From: Octopus sinensis
Taxonomy: Eukaryota
Direction of reading: 5' to 3'
DNA: 64,000 nucleotides
NCBI RefSeq assembly: GCF_006345805.1
Contig: NC_043008.1
Location: 8,928,001-8,992,000 of the forward strand
The notes below the pieces were generated by a model. It saw nothing but the letters and a program-made list of their open reading frames with translations, did no database searches and had not been told where the DNA came from. This document shows, piece after piece, positions 51,734 through 64,000 of the stretch (position 1 is its first letter; each line of letters starts with the position of its first letter). The position numbers were made by a program, and so were the translations under genes.

Positions 51734-53278
51734 TGCTCATGTATTACACATAATATAATATAATATAATATAATACATGTGTGTCTGAATGTATATACAT
51801 ATTCCTAGCTCTTTGATTAAGAATTCATACATCTATCTATCTATATAGATATATATATATGTGTGTGTGCGCGTGTGTGTATTGCATGCGCGTGTGTATG
51901 TGCGTGTGTGTTTGTGTATGTATATACGTATCTATGTATGAATGAATATATATGATTCCATTATGGTGTGACATTCCGTTTTACATTCCCGGGAAATATT
52001 GAATTGTAAAAATATAGAATAGATTTTATCACAACTGGATATCTGACACTCTTTAATTTATTTTCTTAACTTTTCCCTTTTTTTTTATAGGACATTGGAG
52101 AATTTATTTTCATACATGTTTTACCAATTCTTCTATATCTGATGAAATTCCATTTATTATAGACTTCAAGTTGTATGCTAACGCAATAGAAAATTGCTTT
52201 TAACTTACCTTATATATTGGTTCTCGGTAAAATATTGTGAACAAGTATAAAAGAATAGATGTTATTCTTTACTGATGTCTTTCTGGAATACTCTACGGAT
52301 TCTGATCCGTTAGCCTTGCTTCGAGTCATTTACTTACTCCTATTGAATTCTTCCATTGTCCTTCCTTAGATCGCTAAGAACTTTATTCCTTTTGTCTGTC
52401 ACAAAACATTAGACAATGATTTTTCAAGAAACAGAGAACACTGAAAAAATCTTATATATTTTTATCTACATTTTATTCCAGAATAAAATTCAGATGATTA
52501 TGTTCTCTCACAGAAGGAATAATTATGTTCACTTACCATTAGGAATACATATAAGGTTGATGTCTGTCGTTATTTTCATAATAATCTTCGTCAGCCGAAA
52601 TTAGATGCAATGGTCGTTGTCTACCCCAAAGTTAGCCTCGACAGAACAGATCATTGCTCAAATTTTTCCCATTTTTAATCATTCTATATTTTTATGGGCA
52701 TCTAAGACTACACTATTCAAAGTGTCTTTCCCTGTAAGGTATTGTTTGTAGTAAGTCGAGCAAACATGTATAGAATATCCTTTTTTTTTTCTTCTTCCAA
52801 TCAAATGCAGTGTAGAAACATAAATAGTAGAACACCGAACTAAATGCTTTACATTATTTAGTTTCATCCCTCTACTTACTGACATCAAATACTACTAATG
52901 TCGACTTTGCTTTTCATCCCTCTAGGCTCGATAATGTAAGTCGTAATCTTGTATTGCGATCGATTCAATAAATTATATCCTTCTCTACGCATTTGTGACT
53001 TTGTGCCTGTATCCCAAATCAATATGTTTTATAGTCTCATCATTTGTTTAGAACGTAAAATGTTATTTGATGTCAGTGTCAAAAGTCGGATGACTCTTAG
53101 CACATACTTATTGTATAGACATATGCTTTATTGTGTTGGTTCTTACAAGACGGCTTTACTGCATTACAAGTCGATATCTGCAATGAAATTCATTATTCAG
53201 CTTCCATTGTACTCTTTTTCGCTACCTTCATTATTCACTCATTCGCTTATGCTTTTGCTCCATCTTTCATTCACAAAA

Positions 53279-53279
<1 letters not shown>

Positions 53280-53374
<95 letters not shown>

Positions 53375-54091
53375 GCATACATGATATGATGTAATAAACA
53401 GGAAACTCTCAAGTTTATTACATGTGTTTGAGCTTATGTATATGGGATATATTTGTACGTGTGGCTTCGTATGTGCCTGTTTATGATATCCCATACATGT
53501 TATGTTATATGAAAGTAATATATTGTTGCCGTAAGTTAATATCGCTGTACAAGATGTCTATTCCCAAGTGAATCGTTTTCTTTTGCTTGCATCAAATGCA
53601 ATTTCTAAGCGTTCTCTCTGCTGCTGGATAAACATGTTTCTTTCTCGGAAGATGCAAATTACATGAAACGATAAGATATTGGTAGTCTAGCCATATTGGG
53701 ATGGTTATAAAGAGCCATGTGTGCGCACATGTTTATGTGTATGTGAGTGCATGATATGTGTATATGTATGCGGACGTATCTGTCAGTGTGTATTTTATTT
53801 CCTCTAGTTTCAGCTCACGAGCTGTGGCCATGCTGGGGCACCGCTAATTATTTAATTTTTTTAATTATTTTATTTGTTTCAGTCATTTGACTGCGGCCTT
53901 GCTGGAGCACCGCCTTTAGTCGAGCAAATTGACTCCAGAGCTTATTCTTTGTAAGCCTGGTACTTATTTATCGGTCTCTCTTGCCGAACCGCTAAGTAAC
54001 TGGGACATAAACACACTCGCATCGGTTGTCAAGCGACGTTTGGGGAAACAAAAACAGACACCCAACATATACACACACCACACACACACAC

Positions 54092-54174
<83 letters not shown>

Positions 54175-54901
54175 GCATACATGATATGATGTAATAAACA
54201 GGAAACTCTCAAGTTTATTACATGTGTTTGAGCTTATGTATATGGGATATATTTGTACGTGTGGCTTCGTATGTGCCTGTTTATGATATCCCATACATGT
54301 TATGTTATATGAAAGTAATATATTGTTGCCGTAAGTTAATATCGCTGTACAAGATGTCTATTCCAAGTGAATCGTTTTCTTTTGCTTGCATCAAATGCAA
54401 TTTCTAAGCGTTCTCTCTGCTGCTGGATAAACATGTTTCTTTCTCGGAAGATGCAAATTACATGAAACGATAAGATATGGTAGTCTAGCCATATTGGGAT
54501 GGTTATAAAGAGCCATGTGTGCGCACATGTTTATGTGTATGTGAGTGCATGATATGTGTATATGTATGCGGACGTATCTGTCAGTGTGTATTTTATTTCC
54601 TCTAGTTTCAGCTCACGAGCTGTGGCCATGCTGGGGCACCGCTAATTATTTAATTTTTTTAATTATTTTATTTGTTTCAGTCATTTGACTGCGGCCTTGC
54701 TGGAGCACCGCCTTAGTCGAGCAAATTGACTCCAGAGCTTATTCTTTGTAAGCCTGGTACTTATTTATCGGTCTCTCTTGCCGAACCGCTAAGTAACTGG
54801 GACATAAACACACTCGCATCGGTTGTCAAGCGACGTTTGGGGAAAGGAAACAAAAACAGACACCCAAACATATACACACACCACACACACACACACACAC
54901 A

Positions 54902-54975
<74 letters not shown>

Positions 54976-55666
54976 GCATACATGATATGATGTAATAAAC
55001 AGGAAACTCTCAAGTTTATTACATGTGTTTGAGCTTATGTATATGGGATATATTTGTACGTGTGGCTTCGTATGTGCCTGTTTATGATATCCCATACATG
55101 TTATGTTATATGAAAGTAATATATTGTTGCCGTAAGTTAATATCGCTGTACAAGATGTCTATTCCCAAGTGAATCGTTTTCTTTTGCTTGCATCAAATGC
55201 AATTTCTAAGCGTTCTCTCTGCTGCTGGATAAACATGTTTCTTTCTCGGAAGATGCAAATTACATGAAACGATAAGATATTGGTAGTCTAGCCATATTGG
55301 GATGGTTATAAAGAGCCATGTGTGCGCACATGTTTATGTGTATGTGAGTGCATGATATGTGTATATGTATGCGGACGTATCTGTCAGTGTGTATTTTATT
55401 TCCTCTAGTTTCAGCTCACGAGCTGTGGCCATGCTGGGGCACCGCTAATTATTTAATTTTTTTAATTATTTTATTTGTTTCAGTCATTTGACTGCGGCCT
55501 TGCTGGAGCACCGCCTTTAGTCGAGCAAATTGACTCCAGAGCTTATTCTTTGTAAGCCTGGTACTTATTTATCGGTCTCTCTTGCCGAACCGCTAAGTAA
55601 CTGGGACATAAACACACTCGCATCGGTTGTCAAGCGACGTTTGGGGAAACAAAAACAGACACCCAA

Positions 55667-55707
<41 letters not shown>

Positions 55708-55735
55708 ATAATATATATATATATATATATATATA
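53280..55735. repeat. Tandem triplication, units of about 800 bp, bounded by (CA)n(TA)n
   Basis: gtatatgcatacatgatatg at 53369, 54169 and 54970. Each unit carries the 42-nt stub and the tail half of a SINE A. Confidence 0.95.
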
Positions 55736-55875
55736 CAACAGGCTACTTTCAGTTTCTATCTACCAAATCCACTGACAAGGCTTTGGCCGGCCCGAGGCTA
55801 TAGTAGAAGACACTTGCCCAAAGTGCCACGCAGTGGGACTGAACCCGGAACCATGTGGTTGGTAAGCTGCGCCTA
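55475..55875 (-). mobile_element. SINE family A; its tail half is copied at about 53874 and 54672 by the triplication
   Basis: Only the third unit continues into the head half (55735-55875). Confidence 0.9.
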
Positions 55876-56974
55876 ATAGTGAAATTGGCTCCACAAGATG
55901 GCAATAGATGCGTTAATGAGTGGATGCAATTCATTATTAATGAATGTTTTGCTTGCATACATATACGATGCGTAATAAAAGCTGCAATGACCTGAAACTC
56001 TTTCAAACAATACCAGCAAAATAACGACTCAATATGAAAGATTAGTATATTTCTTACAGCATGACGGTGCTGACATAACATCGTAAGCCAGTGAATTAAT
56101 GATAGTGAAAATTAAAACTGTGTTGAAGAGAAAGAAATCACAATGTTAAAGACGTATTCTGGTTAATAAAAGCAAGGGTGACACCAGAGGAATTAGACTT
56201 AAAATTTATTACAAATGATATAAAGCCTGGAGCGATTCTGTTCTATGCCAACAATTACAACTCAAGACACGTTTTGACATTAATCAACTTCAACAAAACA
56301 TAACTTCAACAGAACGTTACTGCCAGATATTTGTATAACTAGAAATACAGCTGAAGATTACAGAATATATTACATAGTATATACACCATCACAAATTCCT
56401 GTAGAAATAAATTAATATAATACTTACGTAGTCTGGAATTCATTCGCTCTTAGTATATACACTGTATAACATTGTTATTACAAAATGTTGCCTGGAAATG
56501 GATTTGTCTTTCGAAGGACTTCTTTGTTAAGCACTTTCGTACGAAACAGAAATGAGTCACTAATGAGTTACTAATGAGACATAAATAATTATTTCCGAAG
56601 GTTCTAGATTTTTTTTTTTTAATATATCGAACGAACCTGTACTTAGTGAGAAAATATAACGCTTGTCATTTCGTAAATAGCGTAACCTGATAAGTGAAAT
56701 AAGAATAGAAATAGAAACCGTGTCGCCGTTTCTCACTGCTAGAATTATGTCTGCATCACGTGAGTTCTTGGAATTTTTTGTATTCTCTATGACCACGCTG
56801 CAGCGGAGATGCACGAAACGATAAGAGACATTAACAGCTCCAAGTACATCGTTAACATGAACATTACGCCGTGCAATAAGCATGATATTATCTATCACCT
56901 CTTTAGATTGAAGCATCATACTTTTGATGTATCTGCGCATTATTTTTTACATCAGAGGTCTTTGTTAAGATTTA

Positions 56975-57005
<31 letters not shown>

Positions 57006-58279
57006 AATACATATACTTCATATTATATATATAGACACACACACACACACACATACACACACATCTTGGCATATGTGTGCTGGATGGTCTGTTACTATAT
57101 GCATCTGTGTGTATGCGCACGCGCGCGTGTGTCCGTGTCACATACTCTAAAATATGGTCTATATTTAAATATTTATGTATATACATATGTATATATATAT
57201 ATGTGTGTGTGTGTGTGCGTGTGTATGTGTATGTTTGAGAAATGTGTGTGTCCATATCCAAGTCACACAGTCTGAAATGCGGTTTATATTTAAATATATA
57301 TATATATATTATGTGTGTGTATACATAAATAGGTATATGTGTGTATATATAATTGACAAAACAGGAGTCGACCAAAAGGAGTACGGTTGAACATTAATTT
57401 TTTAATCACTACAATTGTTTCCACGCACCGTAGTTCTCTAGGTATGCAGGTACTTGATTATGCAACTGTTTCCCTGTGTTTCCTCAGGCGACATGTAAAT
57501 ATTGTCTGCGTGAGTTTAAAATCCTCGATTTCAAGAACATCCTATCTGTCTGCCGTGGCCTGAATTTAGCAGTGGTCTCTAAGTTTAGCAAAGTGTGTTG
57601 TTGCTGAACTGCTTTGTGTTGTTGGCGAACTACTTTGAATGTGTAGATATAGCGTGATGGTGATTCCAGTGTGCCGTTTCAAAGGGATTGGCATTTTATT
57701 TCTTTGTGCAGCTGATTAGTTCGTCATGGTTAGTTACCCATGCGATTGTTCTTAGCTGGCCTTTAAGATTCAACACTCGGACACATACACGCATACACTC
57801 AAACATATATATGTGTGTGTGTTTAAATATGTATGCATGGGATTGTGCATACATGTTTATATATGTATGCATGTGTGGGCGTGGGTATGTGTGTATGCGT
57901 GTATCACTTGTTGGTGATGTCCTGTACACAACGTGTATTTTTTTATATTTTATTTAAATATACGTGTATATATATATGTGTGTGTGTGTGTGTATGGACC
58001 ACACATACACGATGTGTGTGTTGCTAGTTCATAAATCAGCTGTGTTTTAGCCATAAGAGAATATATTCTCAATCCACGTTGTGTTATGAACACCTGAAAG
58101 TAAGTCATAGGTAAGCGAGACAATTCAGATCAGACATCGACGTTTTGTTATTGTTGTGACCTTTTAATGCCGCGTATACATGAGCAAACCCCAAACAGTT
58201 TGTATGTGAGGATTAATGCATATATGGAATATTGAATATTTGTTACTTGTATTATACTCTGGAGTAGATTTAAAAGTAT

Positions 58280-58512
58280 CTATTTCTTTATTACCCACAG
58301 GGGGCTAAACATAGAGGGGACAAACAAGGACAGACAAAGGGATTAAGTCAATTACATCGACCCAGTGCGTAACTGGTACTTATTTAATCGACCCCGAAAG
58401 GATGAAAGGCAAAGTCGACCTCGGCGGAATTTGAACTCAGAACGTAGCGGCAGACGAAATACGGCTACACATTTCGCCCGGCGTGCTAACGGTTCTGCCA
58501 GCTCGCCGCCTT
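58280..58512 (-). mobile_element. SINE family B, full length, probable 8-bp TSD aaagtatc
   Basis: aaagtatc at 58273-58280 and 58514-58521. Confidence 0.92.
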
Positions 58513-58743
58513 CAAAGTATCACCTAGCCATACGCATTTTAGGATTCCTTGTGTGTTACCTATAACATAGCAGTTTGTTTTATGACAAATAAAGAATGAT
58601 AAAATATGTATCATTCTAAAATAAATACCAGAAATACATCCAATGCATGGAGATTGATATAAAAATTGTCGAGAGAAATGTCCCAGAAGTATCATATAGT
58701 TGAAACAAGTAAAAGAATAAACACTTCATGCGTGTGTGTGTGA

Positions 58744-58791
<48 letters not shown>

Positions 58792-58933
58792 GTGTAGTTA
58801 TAGATTTAAATATAGACGGAAACAGCAGATTCTATGTTGCTTGAGATTCTATATAATATTTTATGTCTCCCTACATTTGGCCCCGAGTTTTATTTTCTTA
58901 GTTTATGGAAGGAGCAGATATAAAAGACATTCT

Positions 58934-59125
58934 TACTCTTTTACTCTTTTACTTGTTTTAGTCATTTGACTGCGGTCATGCTGGAGCACCGCCTTTAGTC
59001 GAGCAAATCGACCCCGAGACTTATTCTTTGTAAGCCTAGTACCTATTTGCCGAACCGCTACGTTACGGGGACGTAAACACACCAGCATCGGTTGTCAAGC
59101 GATGTTGGGTGTACACAGACACACA

Positions 59126-59194
<69 letters not shown>

Positions 59195-59355
59195 GACGGG
59201 CTTCTTTCAGTTCCCATCTACCAAATCAACTCACAAGGCTTTGGTCGGCCCGGGGCTATAGTAGAAGACACTTGCCCAAGATGCCACGCAGTGGGGCTGA
59301 ACCCGGAACCATGTGGTTGGTAAGCAAGCACTTACCACATAGCCACTCCTGCGCC
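58934..59355 (-). mobile_element. SINE family A, full length
   Basis: Aligns to the 25364 copy. Confidence 0.9.
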
Positions 59356-60963
59356 TTTTTTTTTAACATTACCGTTAAATATTGCAGATTGACATAATGT
59401 TTTGGGGGGAATTCAAGAAGACAAAATACACTCAATTGAAAACTGTAGAGAATACATGTTCTAAAATATCACTTATATGAAAAAAAAAAAAAACTTTGAG
59501 GGATTGACATTTTTAGCGAGTTTTCCTCCATGGAAGGGAGATGAGTAATATACATACAAATTTATAGCATATACAATCAATGCTACAGTTATTCGATAAA
59601 TGTTCCACACAGAGATGAGAGAGAGAGAGAAGAGAGAGAGATATAACGTTAGTTATGACAACATCTGTCCATATTTAACAGATAGAATGTTTTTCGACAA
59701 CTATGGTATGAAAGGCAGAGGTTGTGCTGCTGATATTTGAACTCACGGTTGAGAAGGAAGACAGCGCGCAGTATCGCTGAAACCGAAATAATCATTCTAA
59801 GCCGTATAAATAAGATTTATATAAAGCACTAAAATACATGCTGCAAACCTTATTTAATGGCTTTTAAAAATGAATGCATTGCATTCGCGATTTCTTTTTT
59901 TCTATAAATCTTATGCTTCCTGTCAATTTATAAAATGGTTACAGATGAATTCTTTTATACCAGAACGAGCAATAACAGAAACATTTCCGATAATAAGAGA
60001 GAAAAAGCTGTTTGCAAAGTGCTTAATAATTATTTTGATAATGACATTTCGTTATTTTAAAGAAAACATTCTAACAATTTAAAATTTATCATATTCTTTT
60101 TCACGAAGATAATGTCAATTTATGGTTTCTAAAGGCTAATTTTAAATATTAATGGATTTTATTTTGGTATTCACTTGCTGATTATTTTTTGTTTAAAATT
60201 TCTTACTGTACAATTCGATACAATTTGATGCAAATAGAAAGAAAATGTCGAGCTTAATGTAGGACACGATATTCACATCCGAAAATGTCATGTGGAAGAA
60301 ATAAAATTGTTGATCCCAACCATTAATTTTGCACATGCATTTGGATGGTTTATTAACTTTCTGTCAAGACAATCATAGTACATTTCGTTTGGGCTGCTAT
60401 TGTGTAGAAAATGCGGCATTTGACTAAAATATAAAACAGAACAGAACATGTTGCAAAGACCTCCGATCTGGAATTTGTTTTAAAAAATGCCTAAACACAA
60501 AAGTATTCCAAACGTTTATATTCTATTCTATTCTATTTTATTTTATTTTATTTTTACATTTTACATGAATGGCTTGATAAGAATTTGATAAAAGTATAAA
60601 ACACTGGAACAATTGTTCAAAACTATTTTAAGAAATTCCCCATATCTAAGGCGAAGAATTATCTTCTGGCATTACTTTTTTTCTTTTCGTGTGAAAAAAC
60701 AATTATTATATCGTCTCTCTCTTGGTTCAATCTCTTTAATATAAATTTAAATATATTTGCTAGTCTGCTCGATACCACATTAGTAAATATTGATTTCTAA
60801 TAGATGAACAACACCACAATTCAAGCGGGGTATAGCCGAGTAGATTGACCCGGTACATGCGATCTACTATTTCTTCCGAAGTTATGTCATTACATAATAA
60901 AATAACTTCCATGGTAGATTTGTGTTATGAGTATAATTTCAGCGAAATAACATAGTTTCATCT

Positions 60964-63900
60964 AAAAGGGTAACATCAGAGCAAGAAAAGGTAACATCAC
61001 AGCAAGGAAAGGTAACATCACAGCAAGGAAAGGTAACATCACAGCAAGAAAAGGAAACATCACAGCAAGAAAAGGTAACATCACAGCAAGAAAAGGTAAC
61101 ATCACAGCAAGAAAAGGTAACATCACAGCAAGGAAAGGTAACATCACAGCAAGAAAAGGAAACATCACAGCAAGAAAAGGTAACATCACAGCAAGAAAAG
61201 GTACACATCACAGCAAGAAAAGGTAACATCACAGCAAGGAAAGGTAAACACAGCAAGAAAAGGTAACATCACAGCAAGAAAAGGTAACATCACAGCAAGG
61301 AAAGGTAACATCACAGCAAGAAAAGGTAACATCACAGCAAGGAAAGGTAACATCACAGCAAGAAAAGGAAACATCACAGCAAGAAAAGGAAGCATCACAG
61401 CAAGAAAAGGTAACATCACAGCAAGAAAAGGTAACATCACAGCAAGGAAAGGTAACATCACAGCAAGAAAAGGAAACATCACAGCAAGAAAAGGTAACAT
61501 CACAGCAAGAAAAGGTAACATCACAGCAAGAAAAGGTAACATCACAGCAAGGAAAGGTAACATCACAGCAAGAAAAGGAAACATCACAGCAAGAAAAGGT
61601 AACATCACAGCAAGAAAAGGTAACATCACAGCAAGAAAAGGTAACATCACAGCAAGGAAAGGTAACATCACAGCAAGAAAAGGTAACATCACAGCAAGGA
61701 AAGGTAACATCACAGCAAGGAAAGGTAACATCACAGCAAGAAAAGGAAACATCACAGCAAGAAAAGGTAACATCACAGCAAGAAAAGGTAACATCACAGC
61801 AAGAAAAGGTAACATCACAGCAAGGAAAGGTAACATCACAGCAAGAAAAGGTAACATCACAGCAAGAAAAGGTAACATCACAGCAAGGAAAGGTAACATC
61901 ACAGCAAGAAAAGGAAACATCACAGCAAGAAAAGGTAACATCACAGCAAGAAAAGGTAACATCACAGCAAGGAAAGGTAACATCACAGCAAGAAAAGGTA
62001 ACATCACAGCAAGGAAAGGTAACATCACAGCAAGGAAAGGTAACATCACAGCAAGAAAAGGTAACATCACAGCAAGAAAAGGTAACATCACAGCAAGAAA
62101 AGGTAACATCACAGCAAGAAAAGGTAACATCACAGCAAGAAAAGGTAACATCACAGCAAGAAAAGGTAACATCACAGCAAGAAAAGGTAACATCACAGCA
62201 AGGAAAGGTAACATCACAGCAAGGAAAGGTAACATCACAGCAAGAAAGGTAACATCACAGCAAGAAAGGTAACATCACAGCAAGAAAAGGTAACATCACA
62301 GCAAGAAAAGGTAACATCACAGCAAGGAAAGGTAACATCACAGCAAGAAAAGGTAACATCACAGCAAGAAAAGGTAACATCACAGCAAGAAAAGGTAACA
62401 TCACAGCAAGAAAAGGTAACATCACAGCAAGGAAAGGTAACATCACAGCAAGAAAAGGTAACATCACAGCAAGGAAAGGTAACATCACAGCAAGGAAAGG
62501 TAACATCACAGCAAGAAAAGGTAACATCACAGCAAGGAAAGGTAACATCACAGCAAGGAAAGGTAACATCACAGCAAGAAAAGGTAACATCACAGCAAGG
62601 AAGGAAAGGTAACATCACAGCAAGAAAAGGTAACATCACAGCAAGAAAAGGTAACATCACAGCAAGGAAAGGTAACATCACAGCAAGAAAAGGTAACATC
62701 ACAGCAAGGAAAGGTAACATCACAGCAAGAAAAGGTAACATCACAGCAAGAAAAGGTAACATCACAGCAAGGAAAGGTAACATCACAGCAAGAAAAGGTA
62801 ACATCACAGCAAGAAAAGGTAACATCACAGCAAGAAAAGGTAACATCACAGCAAGAAAAGGTAACATCACAGCAAGAAAAGGTAACATCACAGCAAGGAA
62901 AGGTAACATCACAGCAAGAAAAGGTAACATCACAGCAAGGAAAGGTAACATCACAGCAAGAAAAGGTAACATCACAGCAAGGAAAGGTAACATACAGCAA
63001 GGAAGGAAAGGTAACATCAGCAAGAAAGGTAACATCACAGCAAGGAAAGGTAACATCACAGCAAGAAGAAAAGGTAACATCACAGCAAGAAAGGTAACAT
63101 CACAGCAAGAAAAGGTAACATCACAGCAAGAAAAGGTAACATCACAGCAAGAAAAGGTAACATCACAGCAAGAAAAGGTAACATCACAGCAAGGAAAGGA
63201 AGCATCACAGCAAGAAAGGTAACAATCACAGCAAGAAAGGTAACATCACAGCAAGAAGGTAACATCACAGCAAGAAAAGGAAACATCACAGCAAAAAAGG
63301 TAACATCACAGCAGAAAAGGTAACATCACAGCAAGAAAGGTAACATCACAGCAGAAAAGGTAACATCACAGCAAGAAAAGGTAACATCACAGCAAGAAAA
63401 GGTAACATCACAGCAAGGAAGGTAACATCACAGCAAGAAAAGGTAACATCACAGCAAGGAAAGGTAACATCACAGCAAGAAAAGGAAACATCACAGCAAG
63501 AAAAGGTAACATCACAGCAAGAAAAGGTAACATCACAGCAAGAAAAGGTAACATCACAGCAAGAAAAGGTAACATCACAGCAAGAAAAGGAAACATCACA
63601 GCAAGAAAAGGTAACATCACAGCAAGAAAAGGTAACATCACAGCAAGAAAAGGTAACATCACAGCAAGAAAAGGTAACATCACAGCAAGAAAAGGAAGCA
63701 TCACAGCAAGAAAAGGTAACATCACAGCAAGAAAAGGTAACATCACAGCAAGAAAAGGTAACATCACAGCAAGGAAAGGTAACATCACAGCAAGAAAAGG
63801 TAACATCACAGCAAGGAAAGGTAACATCACAGCAAGGAAGGTAACATCACAGCAAGCAAGAAAAGGAAAACATCACAGCAAGAAAAGGTAACATCACAGC

Positions 63901-64000
63901 AAGAAGGTAACATCACAGCAAGAAAAGGTAACATCACAGCAAGGAAAGGTAACATCACAGCAAGAAAAGGTAACATCACAGCAAGAAAAGGTAACATCAC
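60964..64000. repeat. 21-bp satellite (aaaggtaacatcacagcaag[a/g])n, >3 kb, continues past the window end
   Basis: Roughly 145 units. The common variants are aagAaaagg/aagGaaagg and ggTaac/ggAaac. Confidence 0.98.

Noticed and set aside
56560-56940. 126-aa minus-strand ORF with a vaguely ankyrin-like ILAVRNGDTVSISILI; the plus strand is also open
   Set aside because: No full repeat consensus, no convincing splice sites and no second repeat.
60939-63830. Long (MLPFLAV)n and (FSCCDVT)n ORFs
   Set aside because: They follow from a 21-bp unit with no stop. The common variants are non-synonymous in these frames and there is no unique flanking coding sequence.
60964-64000. CRISPR-like or telomeric interpretation of the terminal array
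   Set aside because: There are no spacers and the context is eukaryotic. The unit is not a TTAGGG-type repeat.

Overview
AT-rich, microsatellite-saturated animal genomic DNA. The repeat families look like octopus (coleoid cephalopod) repeats; this is my recognition, not a database result. I cannot confidently call any host protein-coding gene. Almost all listed ORFs are translations of (TA)n, (CA)n, (AAT)n or (GATA)n tracts, of SINEs, or of the terminal satellite. The supportable content is a dense retroelement landscape: about 25 tRNA-derived SINE copies or fragments from at least 4 families; two 5'-truncated Tx1-clade LINE copies stacked head-to-tail in a (TAGA)n array; several Dong/R4-type RLE LINE 3' ends nested in (AAT)n arrays; decayed CR1-like and RTE-like LINE pieces; and Penelope-like ends carrying minimal hammerhead-like cores. 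There are also two DD37D/maT-type DNA transposon relics, three microsatellite-bounded tandem duplications (0.6-1.1 kb units) and a >3 kb 21-bp satellite running off the window end. The most interesting observations are: (1) the 3' tail of SINE family B matches the 3' end of the Tx1 LINE (34/41 nt by manual alignment), suggesting a Tx1-driven SINE; (2) apparent (TAGA)n targeting by the Tx1 element and (AAT)n targeting by three Dong/R4-type families; (3) hammerhead-like cores with the unusual CUGUUGA sequence; (4) a covarying 3' hairpin shared by SINE A and a 42-nt tail-only repeat. Indel noise between duplicated copies suggests long-read assembly error, so some frameshifts may not be biological.
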